Positions 1-10,572 of a stretch of DNA of 32,000 bases are shown here, one piece after another. The position numbers were made by a program, and so were the translations under genes. Each line of letters begins with the position of its first letter. Position 1 is the first letter of the stretch. Source of the DNA: Candidatus Atelocyanobacterium thalassa isolate ALOHA (GTDB lineage: Bacteria; Cyanobacteriota; Cyanobacteriia; Cyanobacteriales; Microcystaceae); the NCBI RefSeq assembly GCF_000025125.1, contig NC_013771.1:1350001-1382000 (forward strand), in the 5' to 3' direction. Under the pieces are notes generated by a model, which was given only the letters and a program-made list of their open reading frames with translations, made no database searches and was not told the origin of the DNA.

Positions 1-1431
1 ACTCAACGTAAACTCGTTCCTGCCCTCTACAAAATGAAACAGGAACGGCGATTACCTCCAGAGTTAACAATAGTAGGGGTTGCTCGTCGAGATTGGAGTC
101 ACGATTATTTTAGAGAAAAGATGCTAGAAGGAATTGAAGAATTCTCTGATGGTATTGGAAATCAAGAATTGTGGGATGATTTCGCTGATGGCCTATATTA
201 TTGTTCAGGTAATATGGATGAACCAGAAAGTTATCAAAAATTGAAAACTTTCTTGAAGGAATTAGATAGCAAGAGAGGAACTAGAGGTAATCGCGTATTT
301 TATCTATCTGTCTCTCCTAATTTTTTCCCACCTGGGATTAAGCAATTAGGCGCAGCTGGAATGCTAGAAGATCCTTTAAAGCATAGAATTGTTATTGAAA
401 AGCCTTTTGGTAAAGATTTAAGTTCAGCGAAAGTTCTTAACCGTCTTGTTCAAAATGTTTGTAAAGAAGAGCAAGTCTATCGAATTGATCATTATTTAGG
501 AAAAGAAACTGTTCAAAATTTATTAGTTTTTCGTTTTGCGAATGCAATTTTTGAACCTTTATGGAATCGTCAATTTGTAGATCATGTTCAAATTACAGTA
601 GCTGAAACTGTCGGGGTAGAGGATAGAGCAGGTTACTATGATACCTCTGGAGCTTTACGAGATATGTTGCAAAACCATCTTATGCAGCTTTTTTGTTTAA
701 CTGCTATGGAACCTCCTAATGCTTTAAACGCTGATAGTATACGTAATGAAAAAGTTAAGGTCTTACAAGCAACTAACTTAGCGGATACTCATAATCTAGA
801 AAACTCAGCTATTCGTGGGCAATATAAAGCAGGTTGGATGAAAGGAAAACCTGTTCCAGGATACTTAGAAGAATCAGGAGTTCCTCTAAATTCTTCTACG
901 CCTACTTATGTAGCAATGAAATTAATGGTAGATAACTGGAGATGGAAAGGAGTACCTTTTTATCTTAGAACTGGAAAAAGATTACCTAAAAAGGTAACTG
1001 AAATATCTATTCAATTTAAAGATGTACCATTTCTTATTTTTCAGTCAGCAGCTTACCAAACAAATCCTAATATTTTGAGCATGCGTATTCAACCTAATGA
1101 AGGTATAGCTTTAAAATTTGAAGCAAAAATGCCAGGTTCAGAACTTCGTACTCGTTCAGTAGAAATGGATTTTAACTATGGTTCTTCTTTTGGTATGACC
1201 ACATCAGATGCATATCATCGCCTCTTATTAGATGCCATGCTAGGAGATCAAACTTTATTTACACGGGCTGACGAGGTTGAAGAGGCATGGCGTGTTGTTA
1301 GCCCTGTTCTTTCTGTATGGGATAGTCCGGCTGAGCCTAATAGCGTTCCTCAATATGAAGCTGGAACATGGGAACCTACAGAAGCAGAGTTGTTAATGAA
1401 TCGTGATGGTCGTCGTTGGCGACGCTTGTAA
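1..1431 (+). CDS. zwf: Glucose-6-phosphate 1-dehydrogenase, 5'-truncated by the window edge
   Basis: Frame 1 is open from base 1 ([14 protein letters not shown]...), so the true start lies upstream of the track's ATG at 34. It carries the G6PD signature RIDHYLGKE and the EKPFG motif. The stop TAA is at 1429-1431, and opcA follows as in the cyanobacterial zwf-opcA arrangement. Confidence 0.95.
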   Translation, partial: TQRKLVPALYKMKQERRLPPELTIVGVARRDWSHDYFREKMLEGIEEFSDGIGNQELWDDFADGLYYCSGNMDEPESYQKLKTFLKELDSKRGTRGNRVFYLSVSPNFFPPGIKQLGAAGMLEDPLKHRIVIEKPFGKDLSSAKVLNRLVQNVCKEEQVYRIDHYLGKETVQNLLVFRFANAIFEPLWNRQFVDHVQITVAETVGVEDRAGYYDTSGALRDMLQNHLMQLFCLTAMEPPNALNADSIRNEKVKVLQATNLADTHNLENSAIRGQYKAGWMKGKPVPGYLEESGVPLNSSTPTYVAMKLMVDNWRWKGVPFYLRTGKRLPKKVTEISIQFKDVPFLIFQSAAYQTNPNILSMRIQPNEGIALKFEAKMPGSELRTRSVEMDFNYGSSFGMTTSDAYHRLLLDAMLGDQTLFTRADEVEEAWRVVSPVLSVWDSPAEPNSVPQYEAGTWEPTEAELLMNRDGRRWRRL

Positions 1432-1505
1432 TAGAAATCAGGATTTCTTTCCTGCTTAGTTGATTTCTTATCTAACCAATAACTTCCTCCCATAACAGAA
1501 CAATT

Positions 1506-2861
1506 ATGACTACTCAAACTCTTCCAATCGTTTCCTTGCAAGATTCCAAGGATGTTTCCATAAATGCCATTGAAGCCGAACTAAGCAATATTTGGCAAAG
1601 TTATAATAACGATGATGGAATTATAGCTACTCGTGCCAATACATTTACTTTTATCATTTATGAGCCTGGACCAACCCAGTATCTATTAGCTGTTCTTGGC
1701 TTCTATACAGGCACTATTGATGGCATAGTTGGACCTCGTACTATTGCTGCGATTAAATCTGCAGAAGAAACATATAACTTGAAAGTAACAGGTGAATCTA
1801 GCGAAGAATTTATTCTTAAGTTGCAGTCAGAGTTTAAACAAGCTAAAGCTAAAGGACAGCTTAGTGATTTGCAAAAAATTACTGCTCAGTCTTACTCTCC
1901 TGACTTAGAAGAGACAGGTTTAGCTAATTTTAATCCTTGTAGGGTAATTACAATTCGTCCTACTGTTGATAGTAATGATCAAGAAGTTAGGGCACAAGTC
2001 TCTGCCTCTTGTCCTATCAACAAGCAAGGTAACCATATTCTAACTTGTTGCGAATATATTACATTACAAGGAAGTGCTGATGCTTTAGAAAAAGTTAGTG
2101 ATGTTATTTCAGATTTAAGTATTGATGGACTACCTACATGTACTTGGTGGAAAGCTATCCCTGAACCGGAGTATGAACTTTTTAAAAAGTTAGCCTCTCA
2201 AAGTAATACTTTAGTCGTAGATTCTAGTACTTTTAGTAATTCTGCTAGTCAACTAGCAAAGTTAGGGAAAATGTTAGAACAAAACTTACCTTTAGCTGAT
2301 TTAAATTGGGTGAGGCTTAGTCCATGGCAAGAATTAACAGCTGCTGCTTTTGATCCTCCGGAACGCCGTAATGCTGTTTTAGAAATTGACCGTATTGCTA
2401 TTGATTATGAAAAAGGAAATTCAGCCCAAGCATTAATGTACTTGGGTTGGGTTGCTAGTCGTTTGCAATGGAAACCTATTTCTTATGAGTATGAAGAAGG
2501 TGACTACAATGTTTGTAGAGTTAAGCTTCTTAATAACGAGCAAAGAAGTATAGAGGCTGAATTATCTGGAATACCTTTGGCAGATTGGGGTGATGTATTA
2601 GGCGATTTAATTAGTCTGAAATTAAGTTCTACAAACCCAAAAGCAGATTGCTGTACAGTATTATGTTCTGGGACTACTGGATGTATGAGAATGGAGGCAT
2701 CTGGTGGTGCTCAAGCTTGTCGTATTGAACAAGTAACATCTCTAGCAGATCAGAAAACTGACAACTTAATTCAAAGGCAGCTTCAAAGATGGGGTACAGA
2801 TGCTTTGTATAAAGAAAGTATGGAAGTTGTTAGTTCTATGCTTAAACTAGCTCTAAATTAA
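1506..2861 (+). CDS. opcA: G6PD assembly/allosteric effector protein OpcA, with a peptidoglycan-binding-like insert
   Basis: It lies 75 nt downstream of zwf on the same strand and is about 450 aa, typical of cyanobacterial OpcA. It contains an LGFYTGTIDGIVGPRTIAAIK motif (PG_binding_1-like) and a C-terminal Cys-rich segment. Confidence 0.85.
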   Translation: MTTQTLPIVSLQDSKDVSINAIEAELSNIWQSYNNDDGIIATRANTFTFIIYEPGPTQYLLAVLGFYTGTIDGIVGPRTIAAIKSAEETYNLKVTGESSEEFILKLQSEFKQAKAKGQLSDLQKITAQSYSPDLEETGLANFNPCRVITIRPTVDSNDQEVRAQVSASCPINKQGNHILTCCEYITLQGSADALEKVSDVISDLSIDGLPTCTWWKAIPEPEYELFKKLASQSNTLVVDSSTFSNSASQLAKLGKMLEQNLPLADLNWVRLSPWQELTAAAFDPPERRNAVLEIDRIAIDYEKGNSAQALMYLGWVASRLQWKPISYEYEEGDYNVCRVKLLNNEQRSIEAELSGIPLADWGDVLGDLISLKLSSTNPKADCCTVLCSGTTGCMRMEASGGAQACRIEQVTSLADQKTDNLIQRQLQRWGTDALYKESMEVVSSMLKLALN

Positions 2862-2881
2862 TAACAAAGTATTGTATCTGG

Positions 2882-2924
2882 AAGTGGGATTGGAAAACTG
2901 AGATCTTCTAATCCCACTTTTTAT
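2882..2924 (+). terminator. Rho-independent terminator after opcA
   Basis: A perfect 10-bp stem pairs aagtgggatt (2882-2891) with aatcccactt (2910-2919). The loop is 18 nt and the stem is followed by tttttat. Confidence 0.7.
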
Positions 2925-3143
2925 CCGTCTTACAAATAACTTAAGTTGGTAAAAATTGTGATTGAAAAATAAAATCTAGGAACTTTTTTGTACACTAGAT
3001 TCTAATTTAAAAGTTTAAAAAATTACCTTTTTATATTTCTATACAATAAATTCTCAGATTCAAATAAAGTTTGATGTTCATTTAAATAATAAGAATGAGA
3101 AAACTGATTATATTCTATAAATGACCGACAAAAATTGAAATTC

Positions 3144-4283
3144 ATGTTTAAAATAATTCGATCTTTTTACCCTTTTTTCTTACGCTTAATTATAAATTAT
3201 CCGGAAAAAGCTCATCAATTCTTTCTAGAAAGCTTAAGCTTATTAAACCAAAAACGTCATACTTCTTTCGGAAATTATTTATTATCAAACATAAGCAATT
3301 CTTTTCAGTACGATGACATACGTCTTAAGCAAAATTTATGGGGACTTGACTTTAATATTCCTATAGGATTAGCTGCTGGATTTGATAAAAATGGTTTAGC
3401 AACAAGCATATGGAATAGTTTTGGTTTTGGCTTTATTGAAGTTGGAGCTGTTACCTTTCATGCTCAAGATGGTAATCCAAAACCAAGATTATTTCGTTTA
3501 CCTTCAGATAAGGCAATTTTAAATAGGTTAGGTGCAAATAACGATGGAGCTGCATCTATAGCTGAAAGATTGACAATAGAAAGTCGAGCACAAACTTTTA
3601 AAGTTCCAGTAGGTATTAATTTATGTAAATCAAAAGTTACTCCTCTAGATTTAGCCGTTGATGATTATTTAAGTAGTTTTCATCGCCTTGAGTCTTGTGT
3701 AGATTATTTCACTATTAATGTGAGCTCTCCTAATACACCTGGTCTTAGGATATTACAAGAAAAAGAATATTTAGAAAATATTTTATACAGGTTACAACTA
3801 GAGAATAAATTTAATAAACCTTTATTTATCAAGATTTCTCCTGATTTAACTTGGGAATCTATCAAAGCGATTATTGAATTATCTAAAACTCATAATTTAT
3901 CAGGAATTGTGGCTACTAATACAACTATTAAACGCGAAAATTTGAATACTATCACTTTAAACTCAACGGGAAACTATGTTGAAAAAGAACTTGGAGGTAT
4001 TAGTGGAAAGCCAATTAGTGAGAGATCAACAGAAATAATTAGATTTATTTACAAGGAATCTAAAGGCACATTGCCTATTATAGGAGTAGGAGGAATTTTT
4101 AATACAGAAGATGCCTGGAATAAAATATCTGCAGGAGCGACATTATTGCAATTATATACAGGTTGGATATATCAAGGTCCTTGGTGTATACCAGAGATAG
4201 CAAATGGGTTAACTCTTCAATTAGAAAAGCATAAACTATCCCATATTTCTCAAGTTATAGGTAGCGAAATTCCTTTTTGTTGA
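3144..4283 (+). CDS. pyrD: Dihydroorotate dehydrogenase (quinone), class 2
   Basis: Motifs GFIEVGAVT, NRLGANNDG, INVSSPNTPGLR, ATNTT, GGISGKP and IGVGGI are present. I prefer the ATG at 3144 over the in-frame TTG at 3135 used by the track, but the start is uncertain. Confidence 0.9.
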   Translation: MFKIIRSFYPFFLRLIINYPEKAHQFFLESLSLLNQKRHTSFGNYLLSNISNSFQYDDIRLKQNLWGLDFNIPIGLAAGFDKNGLATSIWNSFGFGFIEVGAVTFHAQDGNPKPRLFRLPSDKAILNRLGANNDGAASIAERLTIESRAQTFKVPVGINLCKSKVTPLDLAVDDYLSSFHRLESCVDYFTINVSSPNTPGLRILQEKEYLENILYRLQLENKFNKPLFIKISPDLTWESIKAIIELSKTHNLSGIVATNTTIKRENLNTITLNSTGNYVEKELGGISGKPISERSTEIIRFIYKESKGTLPIIGVGGIFNTEDAWNKISAGATLLQLYTGWIYQGPWCIPEIANGLTLQLEKHKLSHISQVIGSEIPFC

Positions 4284-4306
4284 ATCAACAACTATTATTT
4301 TAAAAT

Positions 4307-4522
4307 TTACTTATTATTCTGTGAATAAGCCTTAGCAGAAGCCTTAATCCAAGTAGTAGCAGCGATCCCAAGAGGAACTATCATCACGCCAAGACCTGTT
4401 ATCAAAGAATTTTGGCGAGCAAAAGGACTATTCATTAATAATAAAACAATACAACCACAATATAACAATCCAAGCAAGGGTAACCCTATTACAAGAATAG
4501 AGAATTTAGTATCTTTATCCAT
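4307..4522 (-). CDS. Hypothetical small membrane protein (71 aa, two predicted TM helices)
   Basis: The ORF has two hydrophobic stretches (ILVIGLPLLGLLYCGCIVLLL and ITGLGVMIVPLGIAATTWI). It is convergent with pyrD and does not overlap another gene. I recognise no family. Confidence 0.4.
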   Translation of the reverse strand: MDKDTKFSILVIGLPLLGLLYCGCIVLLLMNSPFARQNSLITGLGVMIVPLGIAATTWIKASAKAYSQNNK

Positions 4523-5212
4523 AAAACTTACAACTATTTGAGATATTAATTAATTCAAAATAATTAGAGATAAAACTGTCCTATCGATATCGTATCTTGG
4601 AAACAAAAAATTTTATGGAATTAAATAGATAAAAATTTAATAATATTGAATTATTTAAAAAAAATTTCTTTAATAAAAATATATTGCTATTGAAAGCTTT
4701 ATCTAACTAGTTAGTTCTATCCCACTCCTTAATGTAATCATGTTATTAAGTAATTGTCTATAGAATGCAAATTAGTAGTGATAAAACTTAAATAAGGTCG
4801 CTATTTATTTACATTTCTAATATTGTATCTAGCATTAGTTAAATACAATTTTTTGTTTTATAGTTATATTTTACCTGACGCTTCATTCATAAGTAAAACT
4901 TAAATATATTCAAGATAAAGGCACTGTGATATTTTATTTTTCACTTGGATTATTAACTAATTTACATGTTCTTATTTTCAGAAAAATCATAAAATTAGTC
5001 ATCTTGTTACTGCAAAGAATAATAATCTTAAAACAGATTTAGCTAATTATGAAAATCATAAGCAATTATTTAGTAATTAGATTTTTTCAAATAACTAATT
5101 ATCTACAATAAAGATCGAAAGTTTGCTAGTATATCAGTAAATATAATGTTTATTCATTGATATATCTCATTTAAAAACAAAAATCTTTAACCAACTCTGC
5201 TCTATTTATTTT

Positions 5213-6775
5213 ATGATTAATAATTTGTTCAAATTATTTTGTTTAATTGGTTATTCTGTTAGCATTATCTATATTTTCTCTTTTCTATATACAAGCGGAA
5301 ATAATCTCGCTTTTGCAAAAGATACCACTTCTAACTCATCTTCTGCTATTTTTCCTTATCTTGAGGATGCTGCTAAGAAAATCAATGAATTTACCCTTGA
5401 TAATGGCATGAAATTTATTGTCATGGAAAATCATAGTGCACCTGTAGTATCTTTTGTAACTTATGCTGATGTTGGAGGAGTCGATGAACCTGACAACAAA
5501 ACTGGAGTAGCACACTTCTTAGAGCACCTAGCTTTTAAAGGAACTACAGAAATTGGAACAACAAATTATGCTGAAGAAAAAGAGATCTTAGACAACTTAG
5601 ATAATGTTTTCAATCTTATAAAAGAAGCGAAAAATAAAAAAGATAATAATAAAGTTCAACTGTTAACTAAGGAATTCTATACTTTACAGGCTAAAGCTCA
5701 TAATTATGTTAAGCAGAATGAGTTTGGGCGCATTGTTGAAACAGCAGGAGCTGTTAATATTAATGCTGCAACTTCTCCAGATTCAACTATTTATTTTTAT
5801 AGTTTTCCTTCAAATAAATTAGAATTATGGATGTCTTTAGAATCACAGCGGTTCTTAAATCCAGTATTTAGAGAGTTTTATAAAGAAAAAAATATTATTT
5901 TAGAAGAGCGTCGTCTTAGAACAGAAAATAATCCTATTGGTAAAATGGTAGAAGCTTTCTTAGATACTGCTTTCGTCCAACATCCCTACAAACGTCCAGT
6001 AATTGGTTATAGTAAGGATATCAATGGGCTTACTCGTAAAGATGTCCAAGATTTTTTTGATATTTATTATGGGCCAAATAATTTAACAATCTCTATTGTA
6101 GGAGATGTAAAATTTGAGGAAGTGAAAAATTTAGCTCAAATATATTTTGGGCGTTATCCTTCCAAGGTAGAGCCACCTAAAATATCTACAGTAGAGCCAG
6201 GACAGCCAGAAAAACGTGAAATTACATTAAATCTTGATTCTCAGCCTTGGTATTTAGAAGGATATCATGTACCCTCTCTGAATCATCCAGATAATGCTGT
6301 TTATCAAGTAATCGCTAATATATTGAGTTCTGGACGTACAGCTCGTCTCTATAAATCTTTAGTTGAAGATAAAAAAGTAGCTTTAGTTGCTCAAGGTTTA
6401 AGTGGTTATCCATCAGATAAATATCCTAACTTAATGCTTTTTTACGCACAAACTTCTCCCCAAGCTTCAGTTGAGGAAGTTGCAGAAGCTTTATCATTAG
6501 AAATCAAAAAATTGAAAACAGAGCTTGTTTCTGAGCAAGAATTAGAAAGAACTAAAAATAAATTGAGAGCTAGTCTTTTACGTTCTCTTGATTCCAACTT
6601 AGGCATGGCTCGTGCCTTGGCAGAATATGAAGTAAAAACTGGTCAATGGAATAATTTATTTAGTCAAGTTCAAGACCTGGAGGCTGTTAGTGCAGAAGAT
6701 ATTAAAAGAATTGCTAATGTTACCTTTAAAGAAGAAAACATGACTATTGGACGTATACTACCAAAGAAAAAATAA
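5213..6775 (+). CDS. M16 (pitrilysin/insulinase) family zinc peptidase with an N-terminal signal/anchor
   Basis: It has the inverted zinc-binding motif HFLEH (HxxEH), a downstream conserved Glu region (ILEERR), a two-domain length of 520 aa and a hydrophobic N-terminus. Confidence 0.85.
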   Translation: MINNLFKLFCLIGYSVSIIYIFSFLYTSGNNLAFAKDTTSNSSSAIFPYLEDAAKKINEFTLDNGMKFIVMENHSAPVVSFVTYADVGGVDEPDNKTGVAHFLEHLAFKGTTEIGTTNYAEEKEILDNLDNVFNLIKEAKNKKDNNKVQLLTKEFYTLQAKAHNYVKQNEFGRIVETAGAVNINAATSPDSTIYFYSFPSNKLELWMSLESQRFLNPVFREFYKEKNIILEERRLRTENNPIGKMVEAFLDTAFVQHPYKRPVIGYSKDINGLTRKDVQDFFDIYYGPNNLTISIVGDVKFEEVKNLAQIYFGRYPSKVEPPKISTVEPGQPEKREITLNLDSQPWYLEGYHVPSLNHPDNAVYQVIANILSSGRTARLYKSLVEDKKVALVAQGLSGYPSDKYPNLMLFYAQTSPQASVEEVAEALSLEIKKLKTELVSEQELERTKNKLRASLLRSLDSNLGMARALAEYEVKTGQWNNLFSQVQDLEAVSAEDIKRIANVTFKEENMTIGRILPKKK

Positions 6776-6781
6776 ATTAAC

Positions 6782-6819
6782 TTTATGTATCCTTTAATTT
6801 ATTATCAAAGATACATAAA
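6782..6819 (+). terminator. Stem-loop downstream of the M16 peptidase gene (putative terminator, weak U-tail)
   Basis: A perfect 10-bp stem pairs tttatgtatc (6782-6791) with gatacataaa (6810-6819), with an 18-nt loop. It starts 7 nt after the stop codon, but the 3' tail is not T-rich. Confidence 0.4.
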
Positions 6820-7018
6820 ATTAATTCATAAGATTTAATTATCTAAATTAATTCAGTTTTTATTTATTTTATATAGCTTTAGATATATAAATAATTTTTA
6901 TAAAACTTAATGGTATATTTCCCTAGTTAAGCTTAAATTAATTTAATGATTACTTTGTAGATATTCTTTTCATTAGCAGCTAAACTTTTTATAAAATAAT
7001 TTAATAAATTTGAAGTTT

Positions 7019-8053
7019 ATGACGTCTCAAAGAGAAACCAATTCTTCCTCCTATAAAATTTCCACACCTCCTGAAGATGCAAAAACTAGAGTAAGTCAGT
7101 TTATGAAGAATCTTCAGGATGAAATTTGTCATTCGTTAGAAAAAGCAGATCGTCGAGGTCAATTTCAAGAAGATAATTGGCAAAGAGAGGAAGGTGGTGG
7201 TGGACGCTCTCGGGTTTTAAAAAATGGTGACCTACTTGAACAAGGAGGGGTAAACTTTTCTGAAGTTTGGGGTGAAAAATTACCGTTATCAATTATAAAA
7301 CAACGGCCTGAAGCTCAAGGGCATAAATTTTATGCTACAGGAACTTCTATGGTTTTACATCCTCACAACCCTTATATTCCAACAGTTCATCTCAATTATC
7401 GTTATTTTGAAGCAGGTCCTGTTTGGTGGTTTGGAGGAGGAATTGATCTAACCCCTTATTACCCATTCGCGGAAGATGCAACTTTTTTTCATAAGACTTT
7501 AAAACAAACTTGTGACAAACATCACGAACAATATTATCCAACTTTCAAATCTTGGTGTGATGAGTATTTTTACCTTAAACATCGTCAAGAAACGCGAGGT
7601 GTTGGAGGAATTTTCTTTGATTATCAAGATGGTAGTTACCCTCTGTATCGTGGTTCTAGTACTGACAAAACAGTCTCTAAAGATGATGCTCAAATCTCTA
7701 TTTCTGAGTCAAAACCGCGTACGTGGGAAGATATATTTGCTTTTGTTAGCGATTGTGGACAGACTTTTTTGCCAGCGTATTTACCTATTGTTGAGAAACG
7801 TCGTGACCTTCAATATGGAGATAGAGAGCGTCAATTCCAGCTATACAGACGGGGACGCTATGTTGAGTTTAATCTGGTATACGACCGTGGTACAATCTTT
7901 GGACTACAAACTAATGGACGCACTGAGTCTATTTTAATGTCTTTACCACCATTAGTTCGTTGGGAGTATTCTTATGAACCGAAAGTCAATACTCCTGAAT
8001 TTGAATTATATAAAACATTTTTAAAGCCTCAGGATTGGGCTAATTGGAAATAA
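7019..8053 (+). CDS. hemF: Oxygen-dependent coproporphyrinogen III oxidase
   Basis: Motifs [56 protein letters not shown] and [20 protein letters not shown] are present. I prefer the ATG at 7019 over the in-frame TTG at 7010. Confidence 0.93.
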   Translation: MTSQRETNSSSYKISTPPEDAKTRVSQFMKNLQDEICHSLEKADRRGQFQEDNWQREEGGGGRSRVLKNGDLLEQGGVNFSEVWGEKLPLSIIKQRPEAQGHKFYATGTSMVLHPHNPYIPTVHLNYRYFEAGPVWWFGGGIDLTPYYPFAEDATFFHKTLKQTCDKHHEQYYPTFKSWCDEYFYLKHRQETRGVGGIFFDYQDGSYPLYRGSSTDKTVSKDDAQISISESKPRTWEDIFAFVSDCGQTFLPAYLPIVEKRRDLQYGDRERQFQLYRRGRYVEFNLVYDRGTIFGLQTNGRTESILMSLPPLVRWEYSYEPKVNTPEFELYKTFLKPQDWANWK

Positions 8054-8124
8054 TTCTACTATTGCTATAAAGTTTTCTCTACATTTTTATTAGAAACTTT
8101 AATGTAATAAACCAATTGAGAATA

Positions 8125-8155
8125 AAGAAGATGTAAATAATATTTATATCTTCTT
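8125..8155. terminator. Bidirectional stem-loop between convergent hemF and prlC
   Basis: A 31-nt near-perfect palindrome, aagaagatgtaaata-a-tatttatatcttctt, gives 15-nt arms with one G:T position. It lies in the 124-bp convergent spacer. Confidence 0.5.
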
Positions 8156-8177
8156 CTATCTAATGAATGTAGTTTTT

Positions 8178-10268
8178 TTAGATATTTAATAATCCACTAT
8201 ATTTTAACAAAGCTTCTGTTTTAGGTTCTCTACCTCGAAATGATTTAAAAATTTCCAAAGGATCTTTACTTCCACCTAAAGCTAAGATATTTTTTTTAAA
8301 ATTTTTACCTACTTCTGCAATCTTATTATCATCTTCTAAGCCAGCCTCTTCAAATGCAGAAAAAGAATCTGCACTTAATATTTCTGACCACTTATAACTA
8401 TAGTATCCAGCCGCATAACCACCAGCAAAGATATGGCTAAATGCACATAAAAACGCATCTTCAGGTAAGATTTTCATTACTGTTGTTTTCTTGGCAACTC
8501 TATCTCTAGCTTCGAATAAAGTCTCGTTACCATCTGGTTGATACCTATGATGCAAGTCTAAATCCAAGAAACTAAAATGAAGTTGTCTTAACATAGACAA
8601 TCCAGCCATAAAATTACGTGAAGTTTTTAATTTATCATAGTAATGCTTAGGTATCGTTTCTCCTGTTTGATAATGCTTTGCCATGCTGAAAAAAGTATTT
8701 TTTTCATAACACCAATATTCCATAAATTGACTAGGTACTTCTACAGCATCCCACTCTATGTTATTAATACCTGATGCCCCAGGATAATTAATTGTTGTTA
8801 ACATATGTTGTAAGCCATGACCAAACTCATGAAACAGAGTAGTTACTTCATCAAAAGTCATTAAACTAGGCTCTCCATCGAACGGGGGAGTTTGATTACA
8901 AATTAGGTATGCAACTGGAAGGCGAATGATAGGTTTTTCGTCTTGATATATTTTTGATCTTCCAATACAATCACTCATCCAAGCACCCCCGCGCTTTTCT
9001 ATAGGACGGCTATAAGGATCTAAATAAAAGTATGCAATTATCTTATTCATATCATCTTTTACTTGAAAAAATAGTACATCTTTATGCCATGTAGATACCT
9101 TCTCGTCTGTAACAGTTATTGTTACTCCAAAAATACGTTTTGTAAGGTCAAATAATCCTTCTAATACTTTCTCTAAAGAAAAGTAAACTCGTAATTCTTC
9201 ATTAGTAAAATCAAATAAAAGTTTACGCTGTTCTTCTATCCAATAACTTATGTCCCAAGGTTCTAAATCAAAATCACAATTTTTGAACATAAAAGTCTTT
9301 AAACTTTTCAATTCTTCTTGTGCTGCTTGATAACTTACAAATCTTAGTTCCTCTAGTACTTCCTCTACACTCTCTACATCAGAAGCCATCTTCTTACTTA
9401 AACTCATTTCAGCATACGATTGATAACCAAGAATTTCTGCTTGTTCTTTTCTTAACTTTAAAATACTTTCTATTAAAGGCTCATTATTCAACTTTCCAAC
9501 TGATGCTCGAGATATAAAAGCTTTGTATACTTTTTCTCTTAAATTTCTCTGATTACTATATTTCATAAAAGGCACGTAAACAGGATAATCTAAAGTTATT
9601 ATCCATGGACCTAACTCAGGAGTAGCATTATTGTATCCTTCTAAAACGGCATTATGCGCAGCTAATTTTAAGATACTTAATGGTAAATTGCCAATCTCTA
9701 TTTTATTTGTTAATTTCAACTTAAATTCTCTAGTTGAATCTAAAACATTATTAGAAAACTGTGTAGATAATTCAGCAAGTTCTAAATTAATTTCATTAAA
9801 TTTATGACGTTTATCTGGTGTTAGATTAACACCAGATAACTCAGCTTCTCTAATAGAGCTTGTGATAATACGTTTTTGACAACTGTCTAAAGTATTCCAT
9901 AAGACAGAGTCTTTTCTTAAATCTTTAAATGTCTGATAAATAAGTTTATTTTGCCTTAATTTATTTAAAAAACTTATTATATCAGGCTGAACAGTTTGAT
10001 ATATCTCTCGAAGTTCTTTACTATTTTTAACCCCCATTAAATGATTAACGATCCCCCAGGTCCATTTAATTTTTTCCTCAATAATAGTTAAAGGTTCTAC
10101 AATGCCTTCCCAAGTTGGGGTAATATTTTTTTCTAAACAAGTTAGTCTATTATTTGATTGTCTAAGGATTTCATCTATTGATGGAATAATATCCTCTAAT
10201 CTAATTTTTTCAAAAGCTGGTAAACCTTCTCCAACTAATAAGTAATTATAGGTATATTGATTATTCAT
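8178..10268 (-). CDS. prlC: Oligopeptidase A (M3 family zinc metallopeptidase)
   Basis: It has the HEFGH zincin motif with a downstream E (EVPSQFME). The length of 696 aa and the overall M3A layout fit this family. Confidence 0.88.
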   Translation of the reverse strand: MNNQYTYNYLLVGEGLPAFEKIRLEDIIPSIDEILRQSNNRLTCLEKNITPTWEGIVEPLTIIEEKIKWTWGIVNHLMGVKNSKELREIYQTVQPDIISFLNKLRQNKLIYQTFKDLRKDSVLWNTLDSCQKRIITSSIREAELSGVNLTPDKRHKFNEINLELAELSTQFSNNVLDSTREFKLKLTNKIEIGNLPLSILKLAAHNAVLEGYNNATPELGPWIITLDYPVYVPFMKYSNQRNLREKVYKAFISRASVGKLNNEPLIESILKLRKEQAEILGYQSYAEMSLSKKMASDVESVEEVLEELRFVSYQAAQEELKSLKTFMFKNCDFDLEPWDISYWIEEQRKLLFDFTNEELRVYFSLEKVLEGLFDLTKRIFGVTITVTDEKVSTWHKDVLFFQVKDDMNKIIAYFYLDPYSRPIEKRGGAWMSDCIGRSKIYQDEKPIIRLPVAYLICNQTPPFDGEPSLMTFDEVTTLFHEFGHGLQHMLTTINYPGASGINNIEWDAVEVPSQFMEYWCYEKNTFFSMAKHYQTGETIPKHYYDKLKTSRNFMAGLSMLRQLHFSFLDLDLHHRYQPDGNETLFEARDRVAKKTTVMKILPEDAFLCAFSHIFAGGYAAGYYSYKWSEILSADSFSAFEEAGLEDDNKIAEVGKNFKKNILALGGSKDPLEIFKSFRGREPKTEALLKYSGLLNI

Positions 10269-10469
10269 AAATAAAAGATAGTGACACTTTTCATATATAG
10301 GAATTAATCTATAGCTTAAGATAATTTCGCTTATTAGGAAAATTTAAGATAGATTATCCTATTTACAAGAAACATAACAACTATTAGTCTTGTTAGTATG
10401 ATTTCAGTTAAGAAAATGCATCATATACTGTAATATAAAAGTATGATTTATTTTGGGAAGTAAATACTC

Positions 10470-10559
10470 ATGGATATTTTAGCTCTTGGTTGGGTTAGTA
10501 TGTTAGCCTTATTCAGTTGGTCTCTTGCTATGGTTGTTTGGGGACGTAACGGTTTTTAA
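10470..10559 (+). CDS. petN: Cytochrome b6-f complex subunit 8 (PetN), 29 aa
   Basis: It is not in the ORF track because it is too short. The translation [29 protein letters not shown] matches the PetN pattern as I remember it (MDIL.LGWVS...[13 protein letters not shown]). A GGAAG lies 9 nt upstream of the ATG and the stop TAA is at 10557-10559. Confidence 0.85.
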   Translation: MDILALGWVSMLALFSWSLAMVVWGRNGF

Positions 10560-10572
10560 AATTCTATAGGCT

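Noticed and set aside
1350-1541. A 63-aa minus-strand ORF spanning the zwf 3' end and the opcA start.
   Set aside because: It overlaps two well-supported plus-strand genes, and its translation has no recognisable features.
3135-3143. TTG start codons used by the ORF track at 3135 (pyrD), 7010 (hemF) and 23296 (lhgO).
   Set aside because: In each case an in-frame ATG lies 9 nt downstream, and the conserved N-terminal sequence begins at or after that ATG. The TTG starts cannot be excluded without alignment.
4822-4860. A weak hairpin plus T-run as the terminator of an unannotated sRNA.
   Set aside because: The stem is only 7 bp and nearly all A/T. There is no recognisable promoter and no conserved structure I can verify, so it is mentioned only within the spacer finding.
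7512-7937. A 141-aa plus-strand ORF, together with minus-strand ORFs at 7101-7292 and 7499-7693.
   Set aside because: All lie inside hemF in other frames or on the other strand. Their translations are low-complexity and I/L/V/K-rich, with no motifs. These are typical shadow ORFs of AT-rich coding DNA.
9320-9517. A 65-aa plus-strand ORF inside prlC. Comparable nested ORFs occur at 12677-12946, 18458-18658 and 26531-26728.
   Set aside because: Each is antisense to, and fully contained within, a conserved gene with strong motif support. None has an independent signal.
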